Of a DNA stretch of 32,808 nucleotides, positions 30,968 through 32,808 are shown piece by piece. A program made the translations under genes and the position numbers. Each line of letters opens with the position of its first letter. The first letter of the stretch is position 1. The notes under the pieces were generated by a model. That model was not told where the DNA came from and ran no database searches. It was given only the letters and a program-made list of their open reading frames with translations. This DNA is from Methylophilus sp. (GTDB lineage Bacteria; Pseudomonadota; Gammaproteobacteria; Burkholderiales; Methylophilaceae), in contig DATMSK010000207.1 of NCBI GenBank assembly GCA_035565395.1, positions 1 to 32,808 of the forward strand. The letters are read 5' to 3'.

Positions 30968-31246
30968 TTATGGTGCCGCAGGCACATCTATCATAATCAC
31001 TTGGGTCTGCTGCATGCTCGGGCTATGCATGTGCAAACGCGTGGTTGCAAAATCTTCCAACCGCGAATGCATGGCCCAGGTACTTTGCTCAATCTGTAAC
31101 TGGTCGTACTCCGTCATGTACTGCTTGGTCAACACTTCCTGCCTGTCCAACTCAAAATACAATTTGCGCGCCTTGTATTGCGCGGTCACCACGCCCAACG
31201 CCATGGCAATCGTCAATGCAAACAAAATCAAATTCAGGCGCAACAT
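30968..31246 (-). CDS. ftsL: Cell division protein FtsL
   Basis: TM plus coiled coil (LQIEQSTWA); located between rsmH and ftsI. Confidence 0.92.
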   Translation of the reverse strand: MLRLNLILFALTIAMALGVVTAQYKARKLYFELDRQEVLTKQYMTEYDQLQIEQSTWAMHSRLEDFATTRLHMHSPSMQQTQVIMIDVPAAP

Positions 31247-31267
31247 GACCCAACCCTATTCCGCCCA

Positions 31268-32257
31268 TTACTGCACATGAGTACGCTCAGCGACACGCAG
31301 CACCGCGCTGCGCGACCGCACATTGGCCGTCACTTCCGCCTTACCGGGCTTGATCGCCCGGCCAACAGAAACCAGGCGCGGCTGGGGCAGGTCCTTGGCG
31401 CGGACCGGCAACCCCGCGGGCAGGTTATCCCTGTCTTCTTCAGACTGGATAAATCGCTTGACGATACGGTCCTCCAGCGAATGAAAGCTGATCACTGCCA
31501 GCCGCCCTTGCGGACACAGCAATTTTAAGCAATCAGGCAACACTAACGAGAGTTCCTCAAGCTCTTGATTGACGAAAATCCGTAGAGCCTGAAATGTGCG
31601 CGTTGCAGGGTTCTGGCCCGGCTCATTCTTGGGGATGGCGCCTGCCACGACCTTGGCAAGTTGCCCTGTAGTGGTGATGGCACGCCCATCTTCGCGCTCT
31701 TTAACAATCGCCCTTGCAACCTGCTTAGCAAACCGTTCTTCACCATAATCCCTTATCACCTCACCCAATTGTTTTTCAGACATCGTCACCAGCCACTCTG
31801 CGGCTGTTTTACCCCGACTTTGATCCATACGCATATCCAGTGGCCCGTCAAAACGGAAACTGAATCCACGCACACCCTCATCAATTTGCGGCGACGAAAT
31901 ACCCAGATCGAGCAATATTCCATCTACCGCTTGCACACCCAGCCCCACCAACACTGTTGCCATCGCTGAAAAATGCGCATGCACCATCGTAAAACGCGCA
32001 TCGGCGATTGTTTGCCCATGCGCCACGGCCGCCAGATCGCGATCCAAGCCGATCAGTCGTCCTTTGCTACCTAATTTGGAAAGAATAAGACGGCTGTGCC
32101 CACCACGCCCGAAGGTACCATCCACATACACACCGTCAGCCTGCACATTCAAAGCATCTACCGCTTCATGCAATAACACGGTGATATGACTGGCGGCGAC
32201 TGGTGACACTGACGTTTCCGTCAAGGACGCGGGCGCTGACTTCGCGCCCCGCGTCAT
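31268..32257 (-). CDS. rsmH: 16S rRNA m4C1402 methyltransferase RsmH (MraW)
   Basis: [34 protein letters not shown] and SFHSLEDR. The start is ATG 32257 (ATGA overlap with mraZ). Confidence 0.96.
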   Translation of the reverse strand: MTRGAKSAPASLTETSVSPVAASHITVLLHEAVDALNVQADGVYVDGTFGRGGHSRLILSKLGSKGRLIGLDRDLAAVAHGQTIADARFTMVHAHFSAMATVLVGLGVQAVDGILLDLGISSPQIDEGVRGFSFRFDGPLDMRMDQSRGKTAAEWLVTMSEKQLGEVIRDYGEERFAKQVARAIVKEREDGRAITTTGQLAKVVAGAIPKNEPGQNPATRTFQALRIFVNQELEELSLVLPDCLKLLCPQGRLAVISFHSLEDRIVKRFIQSEEDRDNLPAGLPVRAKDLPQPRLVSVGRAIKPGKAEVTANVRSRSAVLRVAERTHVQ

Positions 32258-32700
32258 AGCGAGAATCCTTCTAGCTCTTGCGGTATCTGCAGCTGGTCGG
32301 TCGCCATCAGGCTTTCCAGCTGCTGATCCCATGCAGCAACATCCCACAACTCAAAATGACTACCTTGCCCGACCATCATCACGTCTTTATCGAGCTTGGC
32401 AAACTTGCGCAGTACGGCATTCACCAGCAAACGACCGGCAGAATCCAGATGCATCACATCCGCCTGGCCCACGATCATGCGTTGAATACCACTGGTTTGA
32501 GGATTAAAACTGGACAAACTGGTCAGCTTGGTTTCAATCGGCTCCCAAGCGGCTTGCGGATACAGGATCAGGCAGCGATGTGGATGCGCTGTCAGCACCA
32601 CTTCACCTTGCCCGCCTGCGGTCAGGGCGTCACGATGCTTGGCCGGCACACTGAGCCGTCCCTTTGCATCCAAACTTAACTGTACCGCCCCGCGAAACAT
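32254..32700 (-). CDS. mraZ: Transcriptional regulator MraZ
   Basis: MFRG...[10 protein letters not shown] and a second LDSAGR SpoVT/AbrB repeat; first gene of the dcw cluster. Confidence 0.96.
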   Translation of the reverse strand: MFRGAVQLSLDAKGRLSVPAKHRDALTAGGQGEVVLTAHPHRCLILYPQAAWEPIETKLTSLSSFNPQTSGIQRMIVGQADVMHLDSAGRLLVNAVLRKFAKLDKDVMMVGQGSHFELWDVAAWDQQLESLMATDQLQIPQELEGFSL

Positions 32701-32748
32701 GAATAATTACCTTAGCCAACCCGTTTTGATTAAAAATGGAATGAATTT

Positions 32749-32783
32749 CCCACAATTCAACACAAAATCACTCTTTTGCACAC
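32749..32783 (-). promoter_or_regulatory. MraZ-binding repeats (10-bp periodic GTG boxes)
   Basis: Minus strand carries GTG/GAG/GTG/GTG(GG) at plus positions 32781, 32771, 32761 and 32751, an exact 10-bp period. Confidence 0.7.
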
Positions 32784-32808
32784 TATAGATAAAAAAAAAG
32801 TGCTTGGC
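32782..32808 (-). promoter_or_regulatory. dcw (Pmra) sigma70 promoter
   Basis: -10 TATAGT (32782-32787), 17-bp spacer, and -35 NNGCCA cut by the window end. Confidence 0.6.

Overview
Core chromosomal region of a betaproteobacterium; protein style and gene order suggest Methylophilaceae, which is an inference. The right two thirds (minus strand) hold a complete dcw cluster: mraZ-rsmH-ftsL-ftsI-murE-murF-mraY-murD-ftsW-murG-murC-murB-ddl-ftsQ-ftsA-ftsZ-lpxC. It continues into a 60-aa membrane protein, slt, an NDUFA9-like SDR and cca. The left third (mostly plus strand) holds a truncated thioredoxin-fold gene (minus), rsmE, an AEC transporter, cfa, argA, argB, a HAD nucleotidase, slmA, a DUF2788-like protein, an SGNH hydrolase and a PAS-GGDEF cyclase. 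I see no RNA genes, CRISPR arrays or mobile elements. The standout is argA (3835-5403): an N-acetylglutamate synthase with an in-frame N-terminal XRE/Cro-type helix-turn-helix domain and an intact arginine-binding signature. It sits behind a near-consensus sigma70 promoter overlapped by two perfect palindromes. This is a candidate arginine-sensing 'trigger enzyme' (biosynthetic enzyme plus transcription factor) that could stand in for ArgR.
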